The notes beneath the pieces are model-generated. The model did not search any database, was not told where the DNA came from, and worked only from the letters and a program-made list of their open reading frames with translations. 57,310 nucleotides of DNA, from contig JAUYKA010000018.1 in NCBI GenBank assembly GCA_030698495.1, forward strand, positions 1 to 57,310. The letters are read 5' to 3'. Shown here one piece after another: positions 48,674 to 57,165 of this stretch. Both the position numbers and the translations under genes were made by a program. The first letter of the stretch is position 1; every line of letters begins with the position of its first letter. This DNA is from a bacterium. Lineage in GTDB: Bacteria; Patescibacteriota; Andersenbacteria; UBA10190.

Positions 48674-49771
48674 CTATTTCTTCTTACCGCCAACCGGATG
48701 TTGGACAATCGAGATTAACGCCAGTATCAGCGCCCCTAAGGACAATACCATCATAATCAACACAAACAAGCCGCCGATCAACGGCACAATCCTGACCGTC
48801 GCGAATATTACTGCTCCCATTAGCGCGTGCTGCCACGTGTTATGCCCGATCTCCTGCTTTAATAACTTCACCGCTACCCACTCGCCAACCAGAATAGCTA
48901 TATACCCAATAGCCGTAATTACCAATGCTATCGTTGCCAACACGGCGATTATTGCCAGCGGAATGCCGACCACAGTGACTAACAGCAGGACAGATAATGG
49001 TATAGCCACTAATAGCCATAAAATTCCCACCCCGAAAGATTTCAAGGTTTGTTTTTTGGCTGTTTCAAAAACCGTTCGCGTTAATCCGGGTAGCAAGAAA
49101 AGCAATACCAGCGCGAATACAAACCAGGTCACCACACTGCGTACCCAGTTTAAGATATACAGTCGCTGACTTATTTCTTTTGCTCCCGATACGTGTTGGG
49201 TAACAACATGCTTTACTTCTCCTCTAATTATAGCGCCATCGTCAATTTGCACCTTCGCTTTTTCTTCTCCGTATGTAATAAGATCACCGTTAATAACCGC
49301 GCTGGCAGTAACCAACAACGACGGAGCCGCTACTTTGACCGCGCCGTCTATTGTTCCCGAAATTTCTACTGTTGAACCGGCTAAATAAGCATCACCCGAT
49401 GCGTTTACCTCTTGAGATAAGGTAACGTTATTTCCGGCCGCAAAAATATCATCAGCTTCAGGCGATTCCACCCGCACCGTATTGCCGGCCGCATACACAT
49501 CATCACCCACCGAGCCGCTCACCGTCACCGAACTTCCGGCCGCATACACATCCTGGCCGACCGAACCGCTTATCTCCACCGCATTTCCGGCCGCGAAGAC
49601 GTCGTCTTTTACCGGCTGGTCAATGGTAACTCGTTGCCCGGCTATGTAAGCATCATCTTGTACCGCATTATCGGGAGACACATTTTCTCCCGCCGCAAAA
49701 TAAGCTGCTCCTGCCGCCGTTGGCAAAACCATAACCAGCGCCAGAACAATCGCCAAACTGTAATATTTCAT
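48674..49771 (-). CDS. Secreted beta-helix (bactofilin-like repeat) domain fused to a multi-TM domain
   Basis: Signal peptide; about 15-aa repeats D.YAAG..V.I.G.V; C-terminal TMs. Confidence 0.82.
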   Translation of the reverse strand: MKYYSLAIVLALVMVLPTAAGAAYFAAGENVSPDNAVQDDAYIAGQRVTIDQPVKDDVFAAGNAVEISGSVGQDVYAAGSSVTVSGSVGDDVYAAGNTVRVESPEADDIFAAGNNVTLSQEVNASGDAYLAGSTVEISGTIDGAVKVAAPSLLVTASAVINGDLITYGEEKAKVQIDDGAIIRGEVKHVVTQHVSGAKEISQRLYILNWVRSVVTWFVFALVLLFLLPGLTRTVFETAKKQTLKSFGVGILWLLVAIPLSVLLLVTVVGIPLAIIAVLATIALVITAIGYIAILVGEWVAVKLLKQEIGHNTWQHALMGAVIFATVRIVPLIGGLFVLIMMVLSLGALILALISIVQHPVGGKKK

Positions 49772-49899
49772 AGAAAATTATTTAAGGAAAAGACCTCTTA
49801 TCTCTAAATATAGCCTGTTTTACAAAAAATACGATACCACTTCGCAGTTAGTAATGCACGATTTACAGCAATGTAACGCAAACCAGGTTATTCCAAATA

Positions 49900-50106
49900 T
49901 TACTCCTTGTCTGAATATTTCTGCTCTATCTTCGTTACCTTATTCTCAATTTCCTTTAATCGTTTCTTAAGCGCCGCCGCCAATTCCAAACCCCGTTCAA
50001 ATCGCGGTAAATCTTTTTCCAAATCCAATTCGTGCGATTCAAAATCGGACACGATTTTTTCCAGCTCTTCATAAGCTTTCGCAAAAACAAACTTTTCTTC
50101 AGTCAT
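49900..50106 (-). CDS. xseB: Exodeoxyribonuclease VII small subunit
   Basis: LEKIV..FE...LDLE....FERG..L; adjacent to xseA. Confidence 0.9.
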   Translation of the reverse strand: MTEEKFVFAKAYEELEKIVSDFESHELDLEKDLPRFERGLELAAALKKRLKEIENKVTKIEQKYSDKE

Positions 50107-50129
50107 ATAAAAACTATTGATGGTTTAAT

Positions 50130-51284
50130 CTAATTAACCGTCGACTCTATTTCCCCCCGCGCCAACTGACTGGTTATCACCGCTCCGGCTGGCAATTGCA
50201 ACGCGCTTTTTACTATATCACCCGCTTCGTTTTTTGTAATACTAAAACCTCTCCGTAGAATATTAGCCGGAGACAAAGAAGCCAGCAGACGCGTCGTCTG
50301 TAATAGGGCTTGCTGTTTATCTCCTACGGCAACCCCAAAGATTTCTTGGAGCCTCTCCACCCACGCTTCGGTCTGTTGCCTAAAACCGGCCGTCAGGTTC
50401 TTCAACACCGCCACTTGCCTGTCCACCGATTGACTTTTTTCCCGTAAGTCCATCAATACTTTTCCCCTCATATATTCCGTCATATTAATAATCGCGCTCG
50501 CTACCTCTTCTCGCGATCTCACTGCCAACTCCGCCGCATTACTGGGTGTCGATGCTCTAACATCGGCCGCCAACTCCGCCAGACAGACATCTCTTTCGTG
50601 TCCAATGCCAACCACTGTCGGCGTGCGCGAAGCCGCTACTGCTCGTACTACCGACTCGTCATTAAAAGCATGCAAATCTTCCAGGCTGCCTCCGCCGCGT
50701 ACCAATACCAGAACATCTAAATCTTTCAAATTGGTATTGGCGTATTCCAGCGCCGCAATAATCTGACGCGGCGCGTCCTCACCCTGTACCTGTGTGTGTA
50801 AAAAATAAATATCTAATCCGCCAAACCGTGCTGCCAGCACCTTCAGAAAATCGTTATATGCCGCCGCTTCCTGTGATGTTACCAGGGCAATTCTTTGCGG
50901 GTGCCGAGGCAGAAGGCGCTTTCTCTCCGGCGCAAATAATCCTTCCGTTGCCAATTTTTGCTTTAGTAGCTCAAATGCTCGTTTCAATGCCCCTTCCCCC
51001 GCCGGTTGAACATCGCTTAAAACAAAACTGAAAAACCCTTTATTGCGCAACGCCGGCCGTCCTTTTACCCGCACCAACATCCCGTCTTCGACTTGCGCCT
51101 TAAAATCCCATATTGGCATAAAACATCCTACCGAACTCTCCTCGTCTTTTAACGAAAAAATTACCCACTTATTATGGATAATCTTGAATTGCTCCACTTC
51201 CCCCTCCACTGTCAAACCCGCCAACGACTGCAAAGTGTTGTTCACGGCCTCCACTAATTGGCTTACCGATAAAACTTCAGACAT
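50130..51284 (-). CDS. xseA: Exodeoxyribonuclease VII large subunit
   Basis: VEGE, GEGAL, VQGE.A, RGGGSLEDL.AFN.E, GIGHERD and TPSNAAE. Confidence 0.96.
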   Translation of the reverse strand: MSEVLSVSQLVEAVNNTLQSLAGLTVEGEVEQFKIIHNKWVIFSLKDEESSVGCFMPIWDFKAQVEDGMLVRVKGRPALRNKGFFSFVLSDVQPAGEGALKRAFELLKQKLATEGLFAPERKRLLPRHPQRIALVTSQEAAAYNDFLKVLAARFGGLDIYFLHTQVQGEDAPRQIIAALEYANTNLKDLDVLVLVRGGGSLEDLHAFNDESVVRAVAASRTPTVVGIGHERDVCLAELAADVRASTPSNAAELAVRSREEVASAIINMTEYMRGKVLMDLREKSQSVDRQVAVLKNLTAGFRQQTEAWVERLQEIFGVAVGDKQQALLQTTRLLASLSPANILRRGFSITKNEAGDIVKSALQLPAGAVITSQLARGEIESTVN

Positions 51285-51297
51285 GAATACAATGACT

Positions 51298-52269
51298 TTA
51301 TCCGCGTATAACCAGAAAACCGGTGTAAGCCGCGTATAGCGCCAAAAACGACACCCCTTCCCACCGCTCCAGCACTTTTTTTCTGCCTGTAAACATAGCT
51401 ATAAACAGCAGTAACGCCGCCGCTATCATTACCGTCAGATCAAAGTTCAAACCGCTTGTTAATGGCAGCGGCCTAATTACCGCCGTAGTCGCCAAAATAA
51501 ACAACAAATTAAAAATATTTGAGCCGACAATATTACCCACCGCGATATCTACGTTTTTACGCCAGGCTGCCACCACTGACGTCGCCAGCTCCGGCAAAGA
51601 TGTGCCGATTGCCACAATACTCAAGCCGATTACCGCCTCACTCACTCCTAAAGCCGTGGCGAACTTGGTTGCACTATCGACCATCCAATAACCACCCAGC
51701 ACTAAACCGGCCAACCCTCCACTTATCATTAATGAAGCTTTCTGCCAACTGCGTTTTTTAATATCAGGATTGTCTGTTCCGCCCTTCACCCGACTAATGC
51801 CGTAGGTGTAATACAAGAAGATCGAAAACAGTAAAAGCAGAACCAAACCGTCTATCCGTGTTACCGCCGATTGGCCGGCGCCATCAATGGCGCCGTCATT
51901 CACCAAAAAAAGCACCGCCAGCGATGCCAACAACATTAACGGAATTTCGCTCCAAATCGTACTGCGTTTAACCGCCAACGGCGCGATAATCGCCGTCACA
52001 CCTAAAATAAGCAAAACATTTGCTATATTACTGCCGATAATATTCCCCAACGCCAGCTCCGTACTGCCGCGTATGGCCGACAACAAATTAACCACCAACT
52101 CCGGGCTAGACGTGCCAAACGCCACTACCGTTAAACCGATAACCAACTCACTCACCCCAAATTTTTTCGCCAACGACCCCGCGCCATCAACTAATAAATC
52201 GGCGCCCTTAATCAGCGCCACTAAACCCAATACGAAAAAAATCAAACTTCCTACCATCATATCTACCAT
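51298..52269 (-). CDS. Calcium/sodium antiporter (YrbG/CaCA family)
   Basis: Two alpha repeats GTSSPE/GTSLPE and GNI.GSNI.N; start uncertain. Confidence 0.92.
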   Translation of the reverse strand: MVDMMVGSLIFFVLGLVALIKGADLLVDGAGSLAKKFGVSELVIGLTVVAFGTSSPELVVNLLSAIRGSTELALGNIIGSNIANVLLILGVTAIIAPLAVKRSTIWSEIPLMLLASLAVLFLVNDGAIDGAGQSAVTRIDGLVLLLLFSIFLYYTYGISRVKGGTDNPDIKKRSWQKASLMISGGLAGLVLGGYWMVDSATKFATALGVSEAVIGLSIVAIGTSLPELATSVVAAWRKNVDIAVGNIVGSNIFNLLFILATTAVIRPLPLTSGLNFDLTVMIAAALLLFIAMFTGRKKVLERWEGVSFLALYAAYTGFLVIRG

Positions 52270-52433
52270 TATAGCAGCAATTATCCTCCCGCCACATCCC
52301 CCGTATTTCAAACACCAATGACCAATTAACGACGTCGCTGTCAGTGATCATTAAGTAATTGAAGAATTGATTAAAAATTACTGTGTCGGCCATAGCCTTG
52401 TGCGACGGCTGAAAAATTGATAATTGAAAATTC

Positions 52434-53012
52434 CTACCATAAATCAGATTTTACCGTTCTACCCAATCTCTCATGCTTCCCTAAAGCTAACAGAGATTTA
52501 AGACTATAGGGTGCCCACTCCGCCAACACAAACAACACTCCCGTGTACGCCAAATTTCCCAGCAAGTTATACCGGAAAAAAGGAATCGCGTAATAATAAG
52601 ACAAAATCAAACCGTCACCCGTCAGCGGATAATAACCGCTAAACCGCCACACCGCTAAATTGGTCGCCAGGTAAAAAATTATCGAGCTGGCCAAAGACGC
52701 CCCTATAATCGGCAAAGCCCGACGTCGCTCGCGTAACCATGTGCCCAGCCAAACCGTCAACGCGAAAGACCCGTACACCGCCGCCATTGTCGGCCACTCA
52801 TAAAAACCAAGCAATAAATCAGAAGCAAACATAGCAATAAGCGGTACCAGCAATGCCCACGGGCGCTTAAGCAAAGCACCGGATAACAAAGCCACAGCCG
52901 CTATCGGCGCCACGTTAGGCACGTGCGGCACCAACCTTAAAATCATTGAACCGCCGACTAGAATCAGTATTAACCATGTCTCAACGGATAATAGCTTCTT
53001 GTTTATTGTCAT
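52434..53012 (-). CDS. Putative ECF-type S-component, probably cobalamin-related
   Basis: RLVPHVPNVAPIAAVAL, SDLLLG, FYLATN..VW, Y..AIPF; about 6 TM; last gene of the riboswitch operon. Confidence 0.75.
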   Translation of the reverse strand: MTINKKLLSVETWLILILVGGSMILRLVPHVPNVAPIAAVALLSGALLKRPWALLVPLIAMFASDLLLGFYEWPTMAAVYGSFALTVWLGTWLRERRRALPIIGASLASSIIFYLATNLAVWRFSGYYPLTGDGLILSYYYAIPFFRYNLLGNLAYTGVLFVLAEWAPYSLKSLLALGKHERLGRTVKSDLW

Positions 53013-54967
53013 AATAATTTTGTTAATAATCGAGTAATACTAACACCGATACCTATGTTAGCCAAGCTGAATAGACCCACCGCGAACTGCTTATCTTTGG
53101 CATTTAAAGGCACAAATCCCGCCGGAGTACTTTCATCAATAACTTGCTCCGCCCTTTCTTGTTTTTGCGTTGCCTTGACTGGTAACTCCTTATCTTGACC
53201 TGATATTACGGCCGATTGAACAGATTCGTCGTTACTGACAACTCCCATTACCATTCCCGTCGGTGACGGACTGATACTTGACTGACCAATACTGGTAATA
53301 TTAATAGACTGCCCCGGCACGTACGTTAGCGCCTCGCTTCCTATCACCGCCGTCGCTATCTTCATTATCGGCCATGGACTTTGCTCAAGCGCCGTTGCCG
53401 CGTAAGCCGTCATTAGTGCCGAGCTATCATTCTGGCCGCGCCAGCCGAACGCTCCCGATTCATTTTGATAGCCGAGTAAAGCCGTCCAAGGATCACCCGC
53501 GGCCACACGCCAGGCGGCCGGATCTTCGCCCAACGATATAATCGCCTGAATAGCCCACGAGGTTGTCGCGCTGTTTCCCCCAAAGCCGCCCGAGTCATCT
53601 TGATGATTTTTTAGCCAACCGCGCGCCTTGTCTCTTGCGTTATGTATATCTATCCCCCCGCCATCCTTTTGGTAAGCCCCTAAAGCCTGCACCGCCGCCG
53701 CAGTCAAATCAATGTTATTAGTCCAGTCTCCACTCGCGCCTTGCGTTGCGATAAGATGCTCTATCGTTCGGTTCAAATTGGAGGAACTAGCGTTTTCTCC
53801 CGCCGCCAGCCAAGCCAGTACGCCAAAAATATCATCGTTGATCAATCCTTCTTCTCCGACTTGTCCGTCATGATAATACCCGTTAAGACGCTCAATCAAA
53901 TCATCGCCGTTAAAATTTCGCGGGTTGGCTCCGGAGGCTCTTACTGCCAAAATCAACCTCTCCACATCCGTGGCGCTATTTAAAGGAGTTTGGCCTAACG
54001 CCGCCAGCAGTGAATTACCCCCCTTGGTTATTTGCGCGCTTGATTGTTCATTCGCGCCCAATGCTACTGCCGCCCAGGCGCTTGTTATATAACCATCAAT
54101 CAACCCGTCAATATTTTGCTGTTGTTCCAAGTAGCGCAAGGCTTTGTCGGCCGCGTCTTGTCTGCTGTCTTCCGTCATCGACAGCACCGCCGCCGTCGGT
54201 GTTACTGTTGGCGTTGCCGTGGGTGTCATCGTCGGTGTCGACGCAATCAACGGCGTCGGAGTTACTATTGCAGCCACCAGCTGCAAAGGAGCGCTTCTGA
54301 TCAAACCGTCCCCTTCGGCTTGAACCAACAACGAATTATCTACCGCCAAACTTACCGTCACTCTGCCGTCATCCGGTACCGTTAGAATTTTCTCTCCCGC
54401 TCGCAATGTCTCTCCGCTAGCCGGCTCCCAATGCCCGTGCCATACCCAATTATCGTCCGTTTCCCCAATTCTTTTTTCAACCACAACAACAGTTTGCTCA
54501 TCTCCCGCTTCTGCCTCTGATGCCGTTATTCTTAGCGGCGCGTCGCCAAAAGCCGCCAACGCCAACAATAAATCGTCCCCATCTTTAATCTGATAATCAG
54601 CCACACCAACGTCCGCCGCGTCGTAATTGACCCAAAAACTCCAATATTTGGAATAATCATCCGGCGCCTTCTCACCGTCAATATCGGTGATAAACAAACC
54701 AAATCCGAAATCGGATACATTAAAACCAAACTGCTTTTCGTCATTAGCCACCGCCAAGGCGCAAGCCGCCACTTTTTCTAATTGATGTTCGTTGCCGGTG
54801 TTATCAACAATCACGCAATCATTGACGGCGACATCATGGTTGTAAATAGTATTCTTCTCTCCCTCAACACGAAGATGAACCGTTATTGTATTATCCGCGT
54901 TACTGACGCCAACCAACCCGCCTAAAGCCAGCCCCAGTACAAGCAACCAATAAAAAATATTTTTCAT
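53009..54967 (-). CDS. Secreted, C-terminally anchored protein: DUF4430-like beta domain plus prenyltransferase-like alpha/alpha barrel
   Basis: VRVEG, GLFITDIDG..YWSFWVN...VG QW-like repeats (LEQQQNIDG, LIATQ..SG.W, LKNHQDDSGGF, YQNESGAF); Thr/Pro linker. Confidence 0.75.
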   Translation of the reverse strand: MKNIFYWLLVLGLALGGLVGVSNADNTITVHLRVEGEKNTIYNHDVAVNDCVIVDNTGNEHQLEKVAACALAVANDEKQFGFNVSDFGFGLFITDIDGEKAPDDYSKYWSFWVNYDAADVGVADYQIKDGDDLLLALAAFGDAPLRITASEAEAGDEQTVVVVEKRIGETDDNWVWHGHWEPASGETLRAGEKILTVPDDGRVTVSLAVDNSLLVQAEGDGLIRSAPLQLVAAIVTPTPLIASTPTMTPTATPTVTPTAAVLSMTEDSRQDAADKALRYLEQQQNIDGLIDGYITSAWAAVALGANEQSSAQITKGGNSLLAALGQTPLNSATDVERLILAVRASGANPRNFNGDDLIERLNGYYHDGQVGEEGLINDDIFGVLAWLAAGENASSSNLNRTIEHLIATQGASGDWTNNIDLTAAAVQALGAYQKDGGGIDIHNARDKARGWLKNHQDDSGGFGGNSATTSWAIQAIISLGEDPAAWRVAAGDPWTALLGYQNESGAFGWRGQNDSSALMTAYAATALEQSPWPIMKIATAVIGSEALTYVPGQSINITSIGQSSISPSPTGMVMGVVSNDESVQSAVISGQDKELPVKATQKQERAEQVIDESTPAGFVPLNAKDKQFAVGLFSLANIGIGVSITRLLTKLL

Positions 54968-54968
54968 A

Positions 54969-55535
54969 TTACTTAAGCTCCTTCTCGGCTTCGTATTTCC
55001 ACGTTACTCTGTCGCCCGGCGCCGCCATCGTTGTGGAAGCACCCGTCGGAGTCAAGCGGTCATTAACATACAACTGCCAATAAAGATTTTTCGCCGCGTC
55101 ATTGTCCGTGCCGTTTATGCTTTCCACAAACACACCCAGCGTACCCCCGTAATCTTTCGTTCTTAACTGTAAACCTTGGCTTTTCGCCTTTTCCAGTATT
55201 TGCGCCACATTTTCATTTTGACCAGCCGCAACTTCATAGACATCCGTGCTGCTAGGACCCGTAATTTCTAGGCTTACCGTTTGAGTATTCGCACTAACAT
55301 CTTGCTGACTGTTTTGCTCGCCCCTTACCGGCGTTAACGCCTTGTTAGCACTGTTTTCTACCGCTATCTCTCCCGACTCATCAGTGATTGTCTTTACCGC
55401 ATCTTCTTTTATATTAGGCAACCGGAATAAAACCGCCGCCAGCACCAACGCTAACGGTAATAACAACCCCAACGCGATCAACTCCGGCTTAATATTTTTT
55501 CTCCCCACCGCTTTCTCTGTTTTATCATCCTGCAT
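54969..55535 (-). CDS. Membrane-anchored DUF4430 (transcobalamin C-domain-like) protein
   Basis: TM plus GVFVESING....YWQLYVN....GAS....GDRVTW.Y. Confidence 0.8.
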   Translation of the reverse strand: MQDDKTEKAVGRKNIKPELIALGLLLPLALVLAAVLFRLPNIKEDAVKTITDESGEIAVENSANKALTPVRGEQNSQQDVSANTQTVSLEITGPSSTDVYEVAAGQNENVAQILEKAKSQGLQLRTKDYGGTLGVFVESINGTDNDAAKNLYWQLYVNDRLTPTGASTTMAAPGDRVTWKYEAEKELK

Positions 55536-55654
55536 ATTTTTTATCTTTAAGGGTAATTCCCTCCCCCGCCGCCATAAAAAAACTCTGCCTAAGCAGAGAA
55601 AAAATTGGACTAACCAATAAATTACCTTCCTCCTGCTCGGGATCTAACATCACA

Positions 55655-55750
55655 AAGACGAAGGGTCGGACTTTCTTAAATCTCTGATAAAGAAATTTAA
55701 GATTACCGTTGCGGCACAGTGCGGGATTTACACCCGCTTCACTTGTCTTG
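55655..55750 (-). promoter_or_regulatory. Cobalamin riboswitch (short form)
   Basis: GAAGCGGGTGTAAATCCCGC-ACTGTGCCGCAACGGTAA-[hairpin]-AAGTCCGA; outer AGACAAG/CTTCGTCT pairing; upstream of DUF4430/ECF genes. Confidence 0.82.
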
Positions 55751-55906
55751 CTTGCCGCGAAGCACTCGCGGCTTTTTTGATAAATGACAACCTGTATCAA
55801 CACTATACGGTCGGCCATCAAGTCCAGTCAACGACAAACCCCGACACTTTTCCCCAGAATCTATCTTTTTTTAAACTTTGTTTCTTCTTATGATATACAT
55901 ATAGCA

Positions 55907-56043
55907 TACCTCCGACCGGGAACTCTCCGGAAACGCCAATCATCCCGAGGCCAGGAGGTAGCCGCCAGGTAATATTGAATGGTTTCTTTGTGCCCCTGAC
56001 CACTCAATATGCAGCCCACTCGTCGTGGAATCTGCACTGGCGG
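55907..56043. ncRNA. Unidentified structured RNA candidate (two multi-stem domains)
   Basis: TACCTCC/GGAGGTA and CCGCCAG/CTGGCGG closing stems with inner 11-bp and 9-bp helices. Confidence 0.4.
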
Positions 56044-56075
56044 TTTTTTCTTTTCGCCAAAATAATAGGTATGTA

Positions 56076-56834
56076 TCACTTTATCTCGTAAGTTACCGTA
56101 ACTGTGGCCGTAACATCCTGACTGCCGGCCGGTACCTCCACGCCTCCGCCCACGGCATCGTTTTCTAAAGCGGCCCTGGCATAAATAGGCGGCTGATCAG
56201 GTACTTGAGTACTGGCGGAAAAAGTTTTTACCTGACCCAAATGTACCCCTAGAGCTTTAGCCAACTCGTCCGCTTTGCTCTTAGCATTTTTTATCGCTTC
56301 TTCTTGTGCCTGTAAACGCAAGTCTTCAGGATCATCGATAGTAAAACTTATACCGCCAACCTGATTAGCGCCCTCGCCAGTGGCTTTGGTTACTATGTCT
56401 CCTATTCTATCCAAATCTCTGATTTTCACCTGCACCGATTCACTGGCTTCATACCCGCGCAACTGCTGCCGACCATCGCTATAATCGTAAACCGGATTAA
56501 TAGACAAATTAGTCGCTTTTATATCTTCTTCCTTTACGCCGTCTTTCTTCACCGAGGCCACTACCGCGTTAAACTTTGTTTCCAATATTGATATTGCCGC
56601 CGAGGCTGTTGTTTGCGCACCCGTTTGCACTCCTAAATTGATTTGCGCTATGTCCGGTACCGTTGTTACTTCCCCCGTGCCCTCAACTGTGATTTCCCTA
56701 TTAGCCGCAGCTTCTTGCTGAATGCGCTGCGGCTGGGAACCTACATACTGACCCCCCAAATAAAACAAACCGCCGATAATAACCGCCGCAAAAATTACAT
56801 TTTTTCTATTATTCAAATTATTTTCTTCTAACAT
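56076..56834 (-). CDS. SIMPL (DUF541/BP26) domain protein
   Basis: ITVEGTGEV..VPDIA.INLGV, I.P.YDY, GAN and A..NAK.KA..LA..LGV.LG. Confidence 0.92.
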   Translation of the reverse strand: MLEENNLNNRKNVIFAAVIIGGLFYLGGQYVGSQPQRIQQEAAANREITVEGTGEVTTVPDIAQINLGVQTGAQTTASAAISILETKFNAVVASVKKDGVKEEDIKATNLSINPVYDYSDGRQQLRGYEASESVQVKIRDLDRIGDIVTKATGEGANQVGGISFTIDDPEDLRLQAQEEAIKNAKSKADELAKALGVHLGQVKTFSASTQVPDQPPIYARAALENDAVGGGVEVPAGSQDVTATVTVTYEIK

Positions 56835-56892
56835 AGTAATAATAAATTATCTTACCTTAAGCATACTATTAAAAGATAAAATATAGGAATGT

Positions 56893-57131
56893 AAAAGCTC
56901 ACTCGACGTGCGTCTGAATTCGGGCTATCCAGACCCCCCATCACCCGCCGAGTGAGCTAAGTCCAGTCTGCCTGCATGAAAGGACTTAGACTGGCCGCTT
57001 AAAATATCAACAAGAACGTACAAATAGGCATCCATGCCTCTTGGGGAACACGTTCCCGCCGCAGGACATAAGTCGGATCACCTCCCTCCTACATAGGGGA
57101 AGGGAACGCGTCCGGGGAACATCCAGTGTTC
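56893..57131 (-). ncRNA. Candidate stand-alone structured transcript of about 240 nt (may encode a 20-aa peptide at 57069-57007)
   Basis: Promoter upstream, several long helices, final AGCTCACTCG/CGAGTGAGCT stem followed by TTTT. Confidence 0.4.
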
Positions 57132-57136
57132 ATATC

Positions 57137-57165
57137 TTTATATAGCACGACGTTATGTAATGCAA
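57137..57165 (-). promoter_or_regulatory. Sigma70-type promoter
   Basis: TTGCAT-17 nt-TATAAA. Confidence 0.55.

Noticed and set aside
53009-54967. Squalene/terpene cyclase or prenyltransferase enzyme
   Set aside because: It is secreted, has no DxDD motif and sits under a B12 riboswitch; a binding role fits better.
55525-55821. 98-aa ORF upstream of the DUF4430 gene
   Set aside because: It coincides with the riboswitch leader and has no protein-like features.
57074-57086. GGATCACCTCC as a 16S rRNA 3' end
   Set aside because: No other rRNA sequence (such as helix 45 or AAGTCGTAACAAGG) precedes it; better read as a minus-strand SD.
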